A stretch of 64,000 bases of DNA from Octopus sinensis (Eukaryota): assembly GCF_006345805.1 (NCBI RefSeq), contig NC_043008.1:41106001-41170000 (forward strand), written 5' to 3'. Position numbers and translations under genes: made by a program. The notes below the pieces were generated by a model. The model had not been told where the DNA came from, made no database searches, and worked only from the letters and a program-made list of their open reading frames with translations. Numbering within the stretch: position 1 is the first letter of the stretch; the number at the start of each line of letters is the position of its first letter. Positions 26,765-41,722 of the stretch are shown piece after piece.

Positions 26765-27195
26765 AAGGATAAAACTAGTAAATTTATTAGATTTTATTAT
26801 ACATTTCGAAGCGTCATATATAGAAATATAATAACGTGAAAATTAGTTATTAACTTATCATACTAAAACAATCCCCTATTATACCCTCTTTGCGGCAGAG
26901 ATAAACAAATGATAACTGGAATTAACGATGAAATCTATTTGAAAAAATATGAAATATTATCTCACTTTATATTGAATATGATAATATGAGTGAAATGATT
27001 AATATATTGGTCTAAAACACAATATTTTTTAATAATACATAATACTAATACTGGGGTATTGATATAATTAATAAGAAATTGCGGAAATACCTTATTTTAT
27101 TGAAATGTATATATCGACAAGGTAAATAAATGTATTTGGTTTGCGCCAATTACGAAAGGAATATACTTATCCGAAATGTAGGCTTAGAATCGTAG
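26765..27195 (+). pseudogene. Decayed ORF of unknown family, copy C (inverted homolog of 25182-25610)
   Basis: ~420-bp diverged reverse-complement match to 25182-25610; encodes NPLLYPLCGRDKQMITGINDEIYL and GLRQLRKEYTYPKCRLR. Confidence 0.7.
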
Positions 27196-27549
27196 AATGG
27201 TAAAATACATATATTTACGTAAATAGAACAAGTAACTAAAGGATGTATTTAAATAAATAGATCAAGCTATTAATTTAAATATATTAATGCAATTAAATAA
27301 TAGCATTCCGAATTAATTGAATATATTACATGTAAAGAACAGGAAAAAAACTATCGATTGAGCTTATATTAATTTGTCTAATTAAACACGGGGTTAAAAG
27401 CGTATATGAGATATGCTAGATGGCAGTTAATAAAATGTTAAATAAGATATTGTTTGTTTTTATAAATATATATATATATATATATAAACTCTTATATGGT
27501 ATTTCAAGATATACATATGCATGTCCTTTAGACCAGCGAATAAGGGAGA

Positions 27550-28500
27550 ATCGAGGGCGATGATTACTAATTATACTGGGTGGGTGTAATGAGTAGATAA
27601 TCAGACGAACGAAAGGAACTCAATACTAACAAAGTTACGGCTGTAAGTTCCAGTTCTGAATTTGAATTGGCGAATGAAATGAAGAAAATATAAATTAGTT
27701 AGAAAAGGAATTTAATATAAAATAAGCAGAATGAATAAAACTAAAGGTACTGAATTTAAATGTTTAAATATCTTATTATTATCACTTGATGAATTCTAAA
27801 TCATAGAATGTGTATTACTTTTGTGTATACTATTCTTCAATTGTATACCCTACATATAGTCATTGCGACAGAAACAGCTGTCTGGTTAAATTAAATCTAT
27901 AAAAAATAATCCATATGAGCATCAAAACCCGTTCCATTTATTTGATGAGAACATTTACTTCTGACCAAATAAGACCAATAAATATGTTGAGTTTAGTTTC
28001 CCCAACCATGATATTGCTCGTAGGAACTTATGCACACATGCCCCCATCCAAGTCACACACATATACACTGTTTCCAAAAATGTTGATTATCAGCTCGAGT
28101 TACTCAATAGATTTGTCATATCTCGTTTTAAATCCGTGGCACACAGCCTCTTGAAGAGTTACGTCGTCTTCCCTAATATTTTCATGTGGTTCAGAGAGGA
28201 AATGATCGCGTACTCTAGACAAACTTACATTGCCTGTCTTATTGTCACATATTGTCAGAACACCAACGAAAGAAAATAGAAAGTATTTTACACTAGAGAA
28301 CCTGTGAATTTCCTCATAGCTCAGTATCAGATCTTTGTGTTTGAAATGTGAATCATAGTTACTGAAAACTTCCATCAAAGATTTTTCTTTCCTTCCGTGA
28401 GAAGGAAACTAGAAAAAATGTCTGAAGCTGCCAAAAATGAAAATAGTACTGCATTACTTAACACTGTTTTGTCTGCATCTATTTGGATTATAGGTTCTAT
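27550..28500 (-). pseudogene. Endogenous negative-strand RNA virus L protein, cap methyltransferase (K-D-K-E) domain remnant
   Basis: Long, nearly open frame incl. ORF 28100-28378. Motifs in order: GFKTRYDK (K 28112-28114), VCDLDGGMCA (28037-28045; cf. VSV CGDGSGGMTA), IFIGLI, TFYDLEF (D ~27801), FYIK (K ~27712), FVSIEFL..STHYTHPV*LV (cf. FKTVDLV..SSSQTSEVYMV). Confidence 0.55.
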
Positions 28501-28523
28501 CATTTAAATACATATACCACTAT

Positions 28524-28589
<66 letters not shown>

Positions 28590-28860
28590 ATATATATATA
28601 TGTAAAATATTCTTTGTGTCGTGTGAGAGTCGATGTGACAATAATAAAAACTGGCAGCAGTGCATGTGTTTCGTATTACTTAATAACCTTTCGGAGATAC
28701 AACCAAATATGTTTCAACGCAAGAATTCACTGCAAGAATATAGTAAACCATATAAAATACAGATTATTACATATAGAATAAATACGTATATATAACTATC
28801 TACCTATCTATATATGTGAGTATATGTATATATATGTATATGTATATGCTTATATGGATG

Positions 28861-28892
<32 letters not shown>

Positions 28893-29099
28893 ATATATAT
28901 ATATTATATGACAAGAAAAGATGAATGAGACCTTGATATGTAAAATAGAGGAATTTATATATTTATATATAGATATATATATATATATATATATATTAAT
29001 AAGTTAATTAATCAATTAATTATTGATAATTTATAATTTTACCAAGTAGTTCGGTACGTTTAAATAACCGTTTTGGAGAACATTATACAAATTCTATAT

Positions 29100-29752
29100 T
29101 TATAAGCATAACTATAATTTAGGTTCAGCAAATTGCTACGCCACGCATCGAATTTAGAAATAGCAGTTAAAATACCAATTCTGCTACGATAAATATATTC
29201 CAGACAATAACATCCTTTTTTATGTAGGCAAAGAGAAAAACTATTAATTAATTGATTAATTAATTAATTCATTCATTCATTCATTCATTCATCATTCATT
29301 CATTCATTCTACCCTTTTATTATTACTGAAATGTGATTTACTCCCTGATCGAAAACTGCTGTTTCTGCGGGATTACTCGTAACACACGAGGGTATTTGAG
29401 GATAAATATGTGTTCACATTGGACTGCATATTTTTGGAAGTGCTAGTTAAATATCAGTTATGCGATGGCGCTTGATCACGTACATATTTAATTCTAACAC
29501 TCCCAAATTTATATTTGAAATGCCGCACTGATGATGTGAAATAAGTAAGAAAATATATAACTTTACTCTAATCCCTACACGCGCAGGTAGCTAATCTAAG
29601 TCGTGTGGTTCGTTATTTTTTCTCTTTACCTACGAAAAAAGAGTCTGTTGCAGTCTAGAAGATATTTATCGTAGCGGAATTGCTATTTTAACTGGTATTT
29701 CTAAATTCGGTGCGTGGCGAAGCAATTAGCTGTCCATTGATTATAATTATAG
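29100..29752. mobile_element. Foldback pair of a ~130-bp repeat, with a degraded hammerhead motif between the arms (Penelope-type terminal repeat)
   Basis: 29118-29240 is the imperfect reverse complement of 29616-29745. The sequence ctccCTGATCGA...ctcGTAAcacacg at 29341-29392 resembles a mutated CUGAUGA...GAAA core. Confidence 0.65.
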
Positions 29753-29845
29753 AATATTTGTATATATATATATATATATATATAAATGCACTTAAACACA
29801 CTCAAATATTTATACGTGTGTATCTTAAATATACATGCTTTTAAT

Positions 29846-29919
<74 letters not shown>

Positions 29920-30913
29920 TGTGTGTGTGTGTTTGTACACACACATGAACTTAAACACACTCAAATATTTATACGTGTATATCTTATATATACATGTTTT
30001 TACGTCGGTATATCCGTGTATATATGCTTGTTTAGATATTGCTGAATTGGTAAATACCTATATACGCAAATATGTTGTTCAGAGCAGTAATAAACTTCTT
30101 GTTTGTCTTTTTTTTTTACCTTTACTACAATTATAACCGCATTTTGAATATGATGCAAATTAAATTTTACACCTATGAATTCTCCGTTAAAATTCTTTTT
30201 TTCTATTTCTTCAAATCGGTGTATTGATTAGAAAGTACAAGTTATGAAATTAATTCAACGAAGAAAAAAAATGAATTATCTAAAAGTGTGTGAATAATTG
30301 ATCAATGATATTAAGAATTTATTATGTAAGCAATCACGAATCAATGATATGTAATATTGGTAATATAAGATTACATCTTACAAGTGATAACTATTTATGA
30401 TAAGGTATCTGCCGTATTTATTGTATTTTATTATGCAGATGTGAATGCAATATAAAAAAAATTAAGTCGTTTTTACATAGATATTAGATTTTGTTTTTCA
30501 GACACATCGTTTTAATTTAAGTATTTTTATCTTTTATCAGTTGTCATCTTCCTTTCAAAAAATCTATTACACGGTTCGTTTAATATCTGTGTCTTACTTT
30601 GACAAAAATAATTCCTCTCATTTTATTTATATGAGAGATTTTGTTTTCCTTTTATGTAATCTAAATGCTAGGAATTTATGACGTTGACATAGATTGACTG
30701 TGTATCATAAATCGGATGCATAAATCTGTTATCAAAAAGCGAATATATATATATAAACATATATCTATATGCTTGAATGTATGTATGTCTGTATGTATAT
30801 GTGTGTGTCACCGATGGTTGCTAGGGAATAGCAGTCGCTAACTGTACAACGCAGTGTAAAGCTTCAGTGAATGTACACAGGCAAAGTTGCGTGCGGGCGG
30901 CGAATATATATAT

Positions 30914-31320
30914 AGGCAAAAGAGTGGCTGTGCGGTAAGTAGCCTCTTTACAAACCACATGTTTCCGGGTTCAGTCCCTCTGCGTGGCAACTTGGGCAAG
31001 TGCCTTCTACTATAGCCTCGGGACGACCAAATACTTGTGACAGGATTTGGTAGACGGAAAATGAAAGAAACCCGTTGTGTATATGTATATATATATGTAT
31101 GTATTTTTGTGTATCTGTGTTTGCCACCCCGCACACAAACACACACACAAACATCGCTTGACAACCGATGCTCGTGTGTTTACGTCCCCGTAACTTAACG
31201 GTTCAGCAAAAGAGACCGATAGAATAAGTACTAGGCTTACAAACAATAAGTCTTGGGGTCGATTTCTTCAAATAAGGCGGTGCTCCAGCTTGGCCGCAGT
31301 CAAGTAAAACAACTAAAAGC
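30914..31320 (+). mobile_element. Full-length tRNA-derived SINE (CORE-like; octopus-type)
   Basis: A-box TGGCTGTGCGGTAAG, B-box GGTTCAGTCCC, body CTTGGGCAAGTG.CTTCTACTATAGCC, internal (TA)/(CA) tract, and a tail shared with 5075-5325 and 7115-7518. Confidence 0.9.
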
Positions 31321-31321
31321 G

Positions 31322-31353
<32 letters not shown>

Positions 31354-31395
31354 TATTATACATATTATATATATATACATATATACATATATATA

Positions 31396-31489
<94 letters not shown>

Positions 31490-31819
31490 GATATATATAT
31501 ATATATATATATATTATATAATATATATGCATACTTACAGGAGTTATTATACGAACATCGAGAAAGAAATGTTACATCAATATGCATAGCACTGTATACT
31601 TTCTGTCGGCAGCGATAGTGAATAGGTTATATCGCCTATCGCAGAGCCGATTAAGCTTCGAGCCACGTGTATTCAGACTCGGATACAAATAATGGCGCAA
31701 AATGAGACAGTGTGTCTCCAGTGCTTTTATTCAGTCTTCATGGACTACTCATAAGAGAATGCGTTTCTGTAGAAAAGGCATCAGTTTATGGGATGTTTCA
31801 TATCTTGACAATAAACTTA

Positions 31820-32145
<326 letters not shown>

Positions 32146-32319
32146 AATAGACATGTATGCAGCTTTGTTGCCCAATATAATACCCGGAAATATTACTTAG
32201 ATATAATACATACACGTATATATTCTTCATAATGAATGGTGCTTATATTAAAAAAGAAAATGGAAGCTAGTTTTGAAAATAAAAATATATTAATAAAAGA
32301 AAATATTTTTAAATAATTT

Positions 32320-32690
32320 AGTCTTCCATAATTTCAATACGTTCATATCAACAATAACACTGTTTATGAATTTATTAGAGTCCCGATGTATTATGTGAAA
32401 TATCGAGACATCTTGAATATGCTCAAGTAACAGATACTAAAATATTGTTAATATCGTTAAGAACATGTTTATTCGCATAAGTACGAATCATATATGCTGA
32501 GTGAATTTAATACATTTCCATAGTTGTGACGGCCTGTTGTTGGGTGCATTAAAATATTTTTTGATGTAAGAAATGAATCTGTAAACTGCACTATCATCAA
32601 ATGGGTTGTCTTTCTCTGGCTGCCTCAGTCTGTGTTTTAATCACTATATATCAAATTGCATTTTGGTCTGTATGTCTACTTGTAATATAT
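32320..32690 (-). pseudogene. Decayed ORF, unassigned
   Basis: LKHRLRQPEKDNPFDDSAVYRFISYIKKYFNAPNNRPSQLWKCIKFTQHI*FVLMRINMFLTILTIF*YLLLEHIQDVSIFHIIHRDSNKFINSVIVDMNVLKLWK: ~105 codons with only two stops in AT-rich DNA. Confidence 0.35.
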
Positions 32691-32702
32691 ATTTATTTGA
32701 AG

Positions 32703-33095
32703 CCGGCGAGCTGGCAGGAACGTTAGCACGTTCGGCGAAATGCTCAGCGTTATTTCGTCTGTCTTCACGTTTTGAGTTCAAATTCCGCCGAGGTTGACTT
32801 TGCCTCTCATCCATTCGGAGTCGATAAATTAAGTACCAGTTACACACAGGGGCCAATGTAATCTACTTAATACCTTTGTCTGTCCTTGTTTGTCCCCTCT
32901 ATGTTTAGCCCCTTGTGGGTAATAAAGAAATAGGTATTTCGTCTGTCTATACGTTTTGAGCTCAAATTCCGCCGAGGTCGAATTCGCCTTTCATCCTTTC
33001 GGGTTCGATAAATTAAGTAGCAGTTGCATACTAGGGTCGATCTAATACACTGGCTCCCCATCCCATCAGAATTTCCGGCCTTGTGACTAGAATAG
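32703..33095 (+). mobile_element. tRNA-derived SINE (Nin/Deu-domain type) with internal tandem duplication
   Basis: GGCGAGCTGGCAGGAACGTTAGCACG head, GAGTTCAAATTCCGCCGAGG B-box; the central domain repeats at ~32935-33050. Confidence 0.9.
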
Positions 33096-33377
33096 AAAAC
33101 AATAGTTGATTGAATTTAATCTACTGAATGTAACGAAGTGTATTTTTCATTTAGGAAGTGTTCTATCCACGCTCATTACTTCCGCTATACCATACTTCTT
33201 TCAAAATTTGGCACAAGTCCAGATCTTTCCTAAGGGTAGGGTAAATCGACTTCATTCCTGAATGGCAAATTCGACTCCTGCAGCATTGCACTTCACACAT
33301 AATGTCGGAAGAAGAGCCGCTAAAACGTTGTAACGATTATGCCACCTCGTTGCCTTACTCTGTTATAACGATAAACT

Positions 33378-33688
33378 TCGCCCTTTTCAAGCCTAGCCAG
33401 ACTCATGGACCCGGTTTCCCGGTTTCTGTGGCGTATATGCCCCCCCCCCCCTCCAGTTTGGAAGAGACGCCAGTCCATCGCAGCGTTACTCAAGAAACAA
33501 GAAGAGAGAGTGAGAGAAAGTTATGGCGAAACAGTACAACAGGGGTCACCACCACCACCTGTCGGAGCCTCGTAGAGCTTTCAGGTGTTTTCGCTCAATA
33601 AACACACATAACGCTCGGTCTGAAAATCGAATCCGCGAACCTCCGACAGCGAGTCCGCTGCCCTAACCACTGGGCCATTGCGCCTCCA
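33378..33688 (-). mobile_element. tRNA-derived SINE; same head as 47619-48000 but a different tail
   Basis: Reverse complement begins TGGAGGCGCAATGGCCCAGTGGTTAGGGCAGCGGACTCGC. Confidence 0.9.
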
Positions 33689-33782
33689 ACTTACTCTGAT
33701 ATAAGGTATCTCAATCGAAATTGTTCGATAATAGATATACAACCATTGTTTATTTGGTGCCTTTTTATGGGAAATTTTTTAG

Positions 33783-35290
<1,508 letters not shown>

Positions 35291-36064
35291 TCCTAATTAT
35301 TTACCTCTAAACATCCATAGTTAAACATAGACTGCATCAGGTTGGCAATATCTTACATTATAGTTAGTATTTTTAAAAAATAAAAATAGTAAAATCTTAA
35401 TAAACTCTTGAGTTAAGATCACATGGAATTAATCGATGTCGCTATAATTATTGATACAGTTGACTGTATTATCTACAACACCACATTGTAAATTCAATTA
35501 TCCAAGTATCTATATGTACTTGATTAAGAATATCAGGAAGGTCACGTAATTTAATTAATTTATTTAATTGGGCGTATGCACTTAATTAAAATTCCAACAT
35601 CCTACAATATTAATTAAAATATCAGTAAAGCTGCATGCACATTACTTCAATTTTATGTTAATTTTCTTGAATGGTTTACAGTGCTACGATAGTTAAATCT
35701 ATTCTCCAGCGTAATATAATCTTCAATGAATTATTCAGAGATAATATATAGTTTATATGTATTATTTGCAATATAGTACACAAAGAAGTAGATGTATTAT
35801 TCATATTTATATAATCTACTGTGCCAGCGGCAGAAGAAGCGCGCTAAAATGTACAACGAGTTTGTCGAAAGGAAAAAGTGATTTTAAAGTTTCCAACATT
35901 TACTCATATATAAGAATTTTAAAATATAAAATGCGATGTGTATTTATAATAGTTATGGATTAGGAACTCTAGGTTAGTATTACAAGATAAACTTTAAAAA
36001 GGTCAACGATGAACGGAAGAGTAATAAAAAGGTGAAATTAACAATGACGTTCCCGACAATAATC

Positions 36065-36278
36065 CTTTCTACTATAGGCACAAAACCTGAAAATTGGCGG
36101 GGGAGGACTATTCGATTTTATCGTCCGTAGTACGCAACTGGTACTTAATTTATTGACCACGGAAGGATGAAAGACAAAGTCGACCTGAACAGAATTTGAA
36201 CTCAGAACGTAAAGACAGACGAAATACCACTAAGCATTTCGTCCGGCTTGATAACGAATCTGCCAGATCACCGCCTTA
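36065..36278 (-). mobile_element. tRNA-derived SINE (Nin/Deu-domain type)
   Basis: Reverse complement of the 32703 family, head to tail. Confidence 0.85.
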
Positions 36279-36339
36279 ACGTTCATTGTATCAATAAAAA
36301 TGACGACACTTATGATGATCGTTATTCTAACCATTTTCA

Positions 36340-36560
36340 AGCGAAGAAATGGAGTTCCTCAGAAGGATCTCTGGTGTGAAGTCACTCGATTAGGGATGAG
36401 TGAGCGTCAACAGGTCGACACCCCGCTTCTCCAGTACTACAAACATGTGATTAGAATTCCACAGGATTGAATTGCAACACGGATTCTTCAGGCCGAGACG
36501 GCGGCTAAGAGACCTAGGATGGGACCAGCAATAAGATTGTAGCGTATTAAAGAAGTCCAA
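36340..36560 (+). mobile_element. RTE-clade LINE fragment
   Basis: EMEFLRRISGVKSLD and LQYYKHVIRIPQD*IATRILQAETAAKRPR match RTE EM.FLRRI.G and L.W.GHV.RM...RPRGRP. Confidence 0.7.
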
Positions 36561-36569
36561 GTTACCTAG

Positions 36570-36835
36570 TGGGTTCGATATAATCGACTTAATCCGTTTG
36601 TCCGTGTTTGTCCCTTCTGGTTTTAGCCCCTTGTGAGTAGTAAAAAAATAGGTATTTCGTATGCCGTTACGTTCTGAGTTCAAATTCCTCCGAGGTCGAC
36701 TTTGCCCTTCATCCTTTCCTGGTCGATTAATAACGTACCAGTTACGTACTGGGGTCGATGTAATCGACTTAATCCCTTTGTATGTCCTTGTTTGTTGCCT
36801 CTATGTTTAGCCCCTTGCGGGCAATAAACAAATAA
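36570..36835 (+). mobile_element. SINE (Nin/Deu-domain type), 5'-truncated tandem units
   Basis: Two copies of TCGAT.TAATCGACTTAATCC...TTTAGCCCCTTG. Confidence 0.85.
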
Positions 36836-37179
36836 ACAGGGATATATAAAAAGCAGCAGGACTAAAAACGAATCAGAAAAGCAGAAACAGCAATTATAGC
36901 AAAGGAAGATGATAGATATAACATGATTGCTGTGTTACCTGCTCCACTCCGAGAAATCTTGAAACACGAACACAAAATTCCTATATTCAAATATTCTCAT
37001 TGTAAACATGGATTCTCAAACAGAAGTGGCTTTACGAGAATTGCATAGTTCCTTTTAAAGTATGGATGTTAATAAGAAGATTCTTGTTTTAAATATAAAG
37101 ATATATTATTTACAACCTCCCTATTTCTCTTTCCTTACATGCACACACAAGCTCACATTTATAGATTGACACATGCATT

Positions 37180-37231
<52 letters not shown>

Positions 37232-37441
37232 AATAATATATTCATAGATAAATATCTCAACATGTATACATATATATGTGTGTGTGTGTGTGTGTTTGTG
37301 TACGTATACATGTATATCAATAAAATCTGTGTATATATATATTTACATATATATGTATATGCATGTGTATATATATTCATTATATTATATATGTAAGCAT
37401 ACATATGTAGGTAAATAGATAGCTAAATGGATGGATGAAAA

Positions 37442-37540
<99 letters not shown>

Positions 37541-37805
37541 CAGCAGCACATAAGCAGATAAATGTTCCTTTACCATTTCTCTCTCTTTCTATTTAACATG
37601 TAAAATAAATTGAAGTAAGAGTTTCAAAAGACATCACCATTATTCATCGGATTTTCAATTACATCTTTCTCCTCACTTCTCATTTTTTTTCTTATCTAGA
37701 TAAAATCTAATTCAGCAACAGTAATTGTTGGGGAGGCATAATCAAAAATATATGCAAATAACACTTTTGAGAAGTTAATAAGTTTTCTTTTTTTCTTTCT
37801 TTCTT

Positions 37806-37849
<44 letters not shown>

Positions 37850-37865
<16 letters not shown>

Positions 37866-37985
37866 TCCATTGATTGTACGTGCTTCCGTGCGTGTGCTTG
37901 TGTCTGTAATCAATGGGTTAAAGCGTTTTAAACAATGGCAAAATTTCATGTATATTTTTTGCAATCTGCTTAGTATTCAATTCAC
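37850..37985. repeat. ~130-bp dispersed repeat, inverted copy at 45604-45730
   Basis: cttccattgattgta.g.gcttc.gtgcgt.tgcttgtgt.tgtaatcaatgggttaaag...ttcaattcac matches the reverse complement of 45604-45724; both copies adjoin a (CT)/(GA) tract. Confidence 0.85.
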
Positions 37986-39129
37986 TGACATATATGTATA
38001 TATGTTTTTATGTTCGCACACACACATACACACAGAACATACATACATACATACATACATACCCATACTTTGAAATTATTGTGCGTACAAGTGTCCATTT
38101 CAATATATATATATGAGTATTTGTCTATAGTAATGCATTTCTTTCATCTAATTTATCCATGTCTCCTCTGTCTCTCTATTTCCCATATATGCGTATATTC
38201 GTGTGTGTATGCGTGCATGTATCTACCAATGCATGCATGTGTGAGGTGCAGATTTAAACATGTACGCATTTATATATAAATAGTGTTTGTTTCAACAAAA
38301 AAGCATTTAATTGCATATTTCGAAAATAAAAGCTAGGCAAGGTATTCTGCAACATCAATGCAAAATTGTGAAAGGTATCAATCAATACAAATTTGTAAAT
38401 GAAAAACAAAAATTAATATCAACGAAAGCAACAAAGAAAATATCTGTGTAGAATTACAAAAGATATTGCTAAGTTTCTTATGAAATATATTCCGCAGGTT
38501 AAGAAACTTAATGATTTTAACTCTGTAAGTTTTATGTTTATTACACACATACTTCTAAGTTTATTGGAATTTTGCAATTTTCTGTAATAAAATTTTTCAA
38601 AAGGTTCTTTGCTTCTATTAATATAAAACTTTGTAAATTTTTATGCTTTGGTCTTCTTAAATTGTTGATTTTTCTCCCCAAATGTGTTTGGTTCTTATAT
38701 TAACCAATCTAATTACACGTACAAAAGAAATTTATTTACAAAATATGTATTTTCACTTTTCTCAAGCATACACACAGAAATGCCTTCATATTCGCAAATA
38801 AACGCACCGACGCTTTAATACACAATCACACCTACATACGCCCAGTCTCAGATATAAACCTGTAATTATTTCTTTAATGTCAGTTTGAAAGGGTCGGTGG
38901 TTAAATCGTAATAATATTACGTTAATCGAAGCAAATCTCCAGGATATTATATTAGCCATCGTCCATAGTCAAATATAGTGAGTTAGATGAAATAAAGTAA
39001 ATAATCTTACTCAAAGATAGAAAGAAATGAATAAAGCGAATGCAAATTAACAAAATATATATGGAAGTGCAATGGCGTAGCGAGTGTGTGTAAATATATA
39101 TTCACATACACGGAGACCGTCCCTCTCTT

Positions 39130-39184
<55 letters not shown>

Positions 39185-39769
39185 TTTCTGTATCTGCAGA
39201 ATATCTACTTCTAACGTTTACTGCTGCAGATTGATCTACTACTTCTATTCCGTGGTGCAATTTTCTGTCACCCATCCTACTATTGTCTCTATTCTGGGGT
39301 CATGGACAGATAAATTCTATTCCTAGAAGTTAACTATTCCTGTTTTGTTATATTGCACAATGCCGGAGAAGCCCATGGTAGCAGACAGAAAAGAGAAAGG
39401 CTGCATGAATTGCTAACAAAGAGCAAGATAAATGACAACCTAGATTACTTATTTAAAGGCTCTTTAGACTCCGAAGCCTACATGTACTGCTCATAGTTTT
39501 CTCTCGTACCATTTGCAAATGAACTGCATTAGCGGTCATGTGGTAATAAACGAGACGAAAATTTTGGCTTAAATTAATAAATGTTTGAGTGAAGCTAACA
39601 GTATATTGAGCGTGCGTGTTCTTTATTTTTCAGGGGTGGGGTTAATAAGTGTCTTCCGCAGTCTAAGATAAAATCATTTACCAGACAAGTACATCTCATA
39701 AAATAATAAAGTAAGCATCTATCACTATGTCGTATAATACCATTAACAAACAACTTATATTTATATATC

Positions 39770-39885
39770 ATCTTACTTATAAATATTCATCTTATAGTGC
39801 AGAATATTTGGGACGAAATATTTTATATTGCCTTAGTAGCAATAATAATAATAACAATAATAATCATGATAATAATATAATAATA

Positions 39886-39921
<36 letters not shown>

Positions 39922-39976
39922 TTTTTTTTTTTAATTATTATTATCATCATCATCATCATTATTATCATCATCATCA

Positions 39977-40009
<33 letters not shown>

Positions 40010-41130
40010 TATTATTATTACTATTATTATCGTCTTTGCACAGCTTCTAACGTTGAAGATGTACTAGGTGTCAGATCTTCACTACCAGTGAACTAAGGTA
40101 ACACCCCTTAATATTCATATGTCATCTTACATATAAATATTCACCTTATGGTGCAGAATATTTGGAACGATATATTTTATATTGCCTTAGTAGCAATAAT
40201 AATAATAACAATAATAATAATAATAATAATAACAATAATAATAATTATTATTATTATTATCATTATTATTATTATTATTATTAATATTATTATTATTATT
40301 ACTTTTTTTTTTCTTCTTTCAAATTTTCTTCCATTTCTTGCCGAGTGTCTTCCCGACTCCTAGGGCAAAGAAACTCATAGTGTATATTGGTAGGCCATTA
40401 AACCAAACTCAGTAGTTCGTTCATTTTTTTTTTTTTTGAAGTTAATTAAAATACATGAGCAGCAACAGTTCTCACATCGACAATGCTCTTCTCAATACGT
40501 GTGATGTACCAGTTAAGACAATCTTTTGCACTTCTTGCATAATATTTGGGACGAAATATTTTATATTGCCTTAGTAGCAATAATAATAATAACAATAATA
40601 ATCATGATAATAATAATAATAAAATAATAATAATAATAACAATAATAATAATAATAATAATTATTATTATTATCATTATTATTATTATTATTATTAATAT
40701 TATTATTATTACTTTTTTTTTTCTTCTTTCAAATTTTCTTCCATTTCTTGCCGAGTGTCTTCCCGACTCCTAGGGCAAAGAAACTCATAGTGTATATTGG
40801 TAGGCCATTAAACCAAACTCAGTAGTTCGTTCATTTTTTTTTTTTTTGAAGTTAAATTAAAATACATGAGCAGCAACAGTTCTCACATCGACAATGCTCT
40901 TCTCAATACGTGTGATGTACCAGTTAAGACAATCTTTTGCACTTCTTGCATAATATTTGGGACGAAATATTTTATATTGCCTTAGTAGCAATAATAATAA
41001 TAACAATAATAATCATGATAATAATAATAATAATAATAATAATATAATAATAATTATTATTATTATTATTTTTTTTTTTTTTTAATTATTATTATCATCA
41101 TCATCATCATTATTATCATCATCATCATCA

Positions 41131-41188
<58 letters not shown>

Positions 41189-41375
41189 TATTATCGTCTT
41201 TGCACACCTTCTAACGTTGAAGATGTACTAGGTGTCAGATCTTCACTACCAGTGAACTAAGGTAACACCCCTTAATATTTATATGTCATCTTACATATAA
41301 ATATTCACCTTATGGTGCAGAATATTTGGAACGATATATTTTATATTGCCTTAGTAGCAATAATAATAATAACAA

Positions 41376-41435
<60 letters not shown>

Positions 41436-41511
41436 CATTATTATTATATTATCATCAATATTATTACTATTATTATTATTATTATTATTATTATTATCAT
41501 CAATATTATAC

Positions 41512-41544
<33 letters not shown>

Positions 41545-41623
41545 CATATTATTATTATTATCATCAATATTATTATTATTATTATTATTATATTATTATT
41601 ATTATTATCATCAATATTATTAC

Positions 41624-41669
<46 letters not shown>

Positions 41670-41671
41670 GA

Positions 41672-41722
<51 letters not shown>

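Noticed and set aside
24560-27195. Nuclear mitochondrial insertion (very AT-rich, coding-like)
   Set aside because: No recognisable mitochondrial protein, rRNA or tRNA motifs in the frames I read.
31610-31810. Solo LTR (minus strand starts TGTCA, contains AATAAA)
   Set aside because: No clear CA end, primer-binding site, TSD or second copy.
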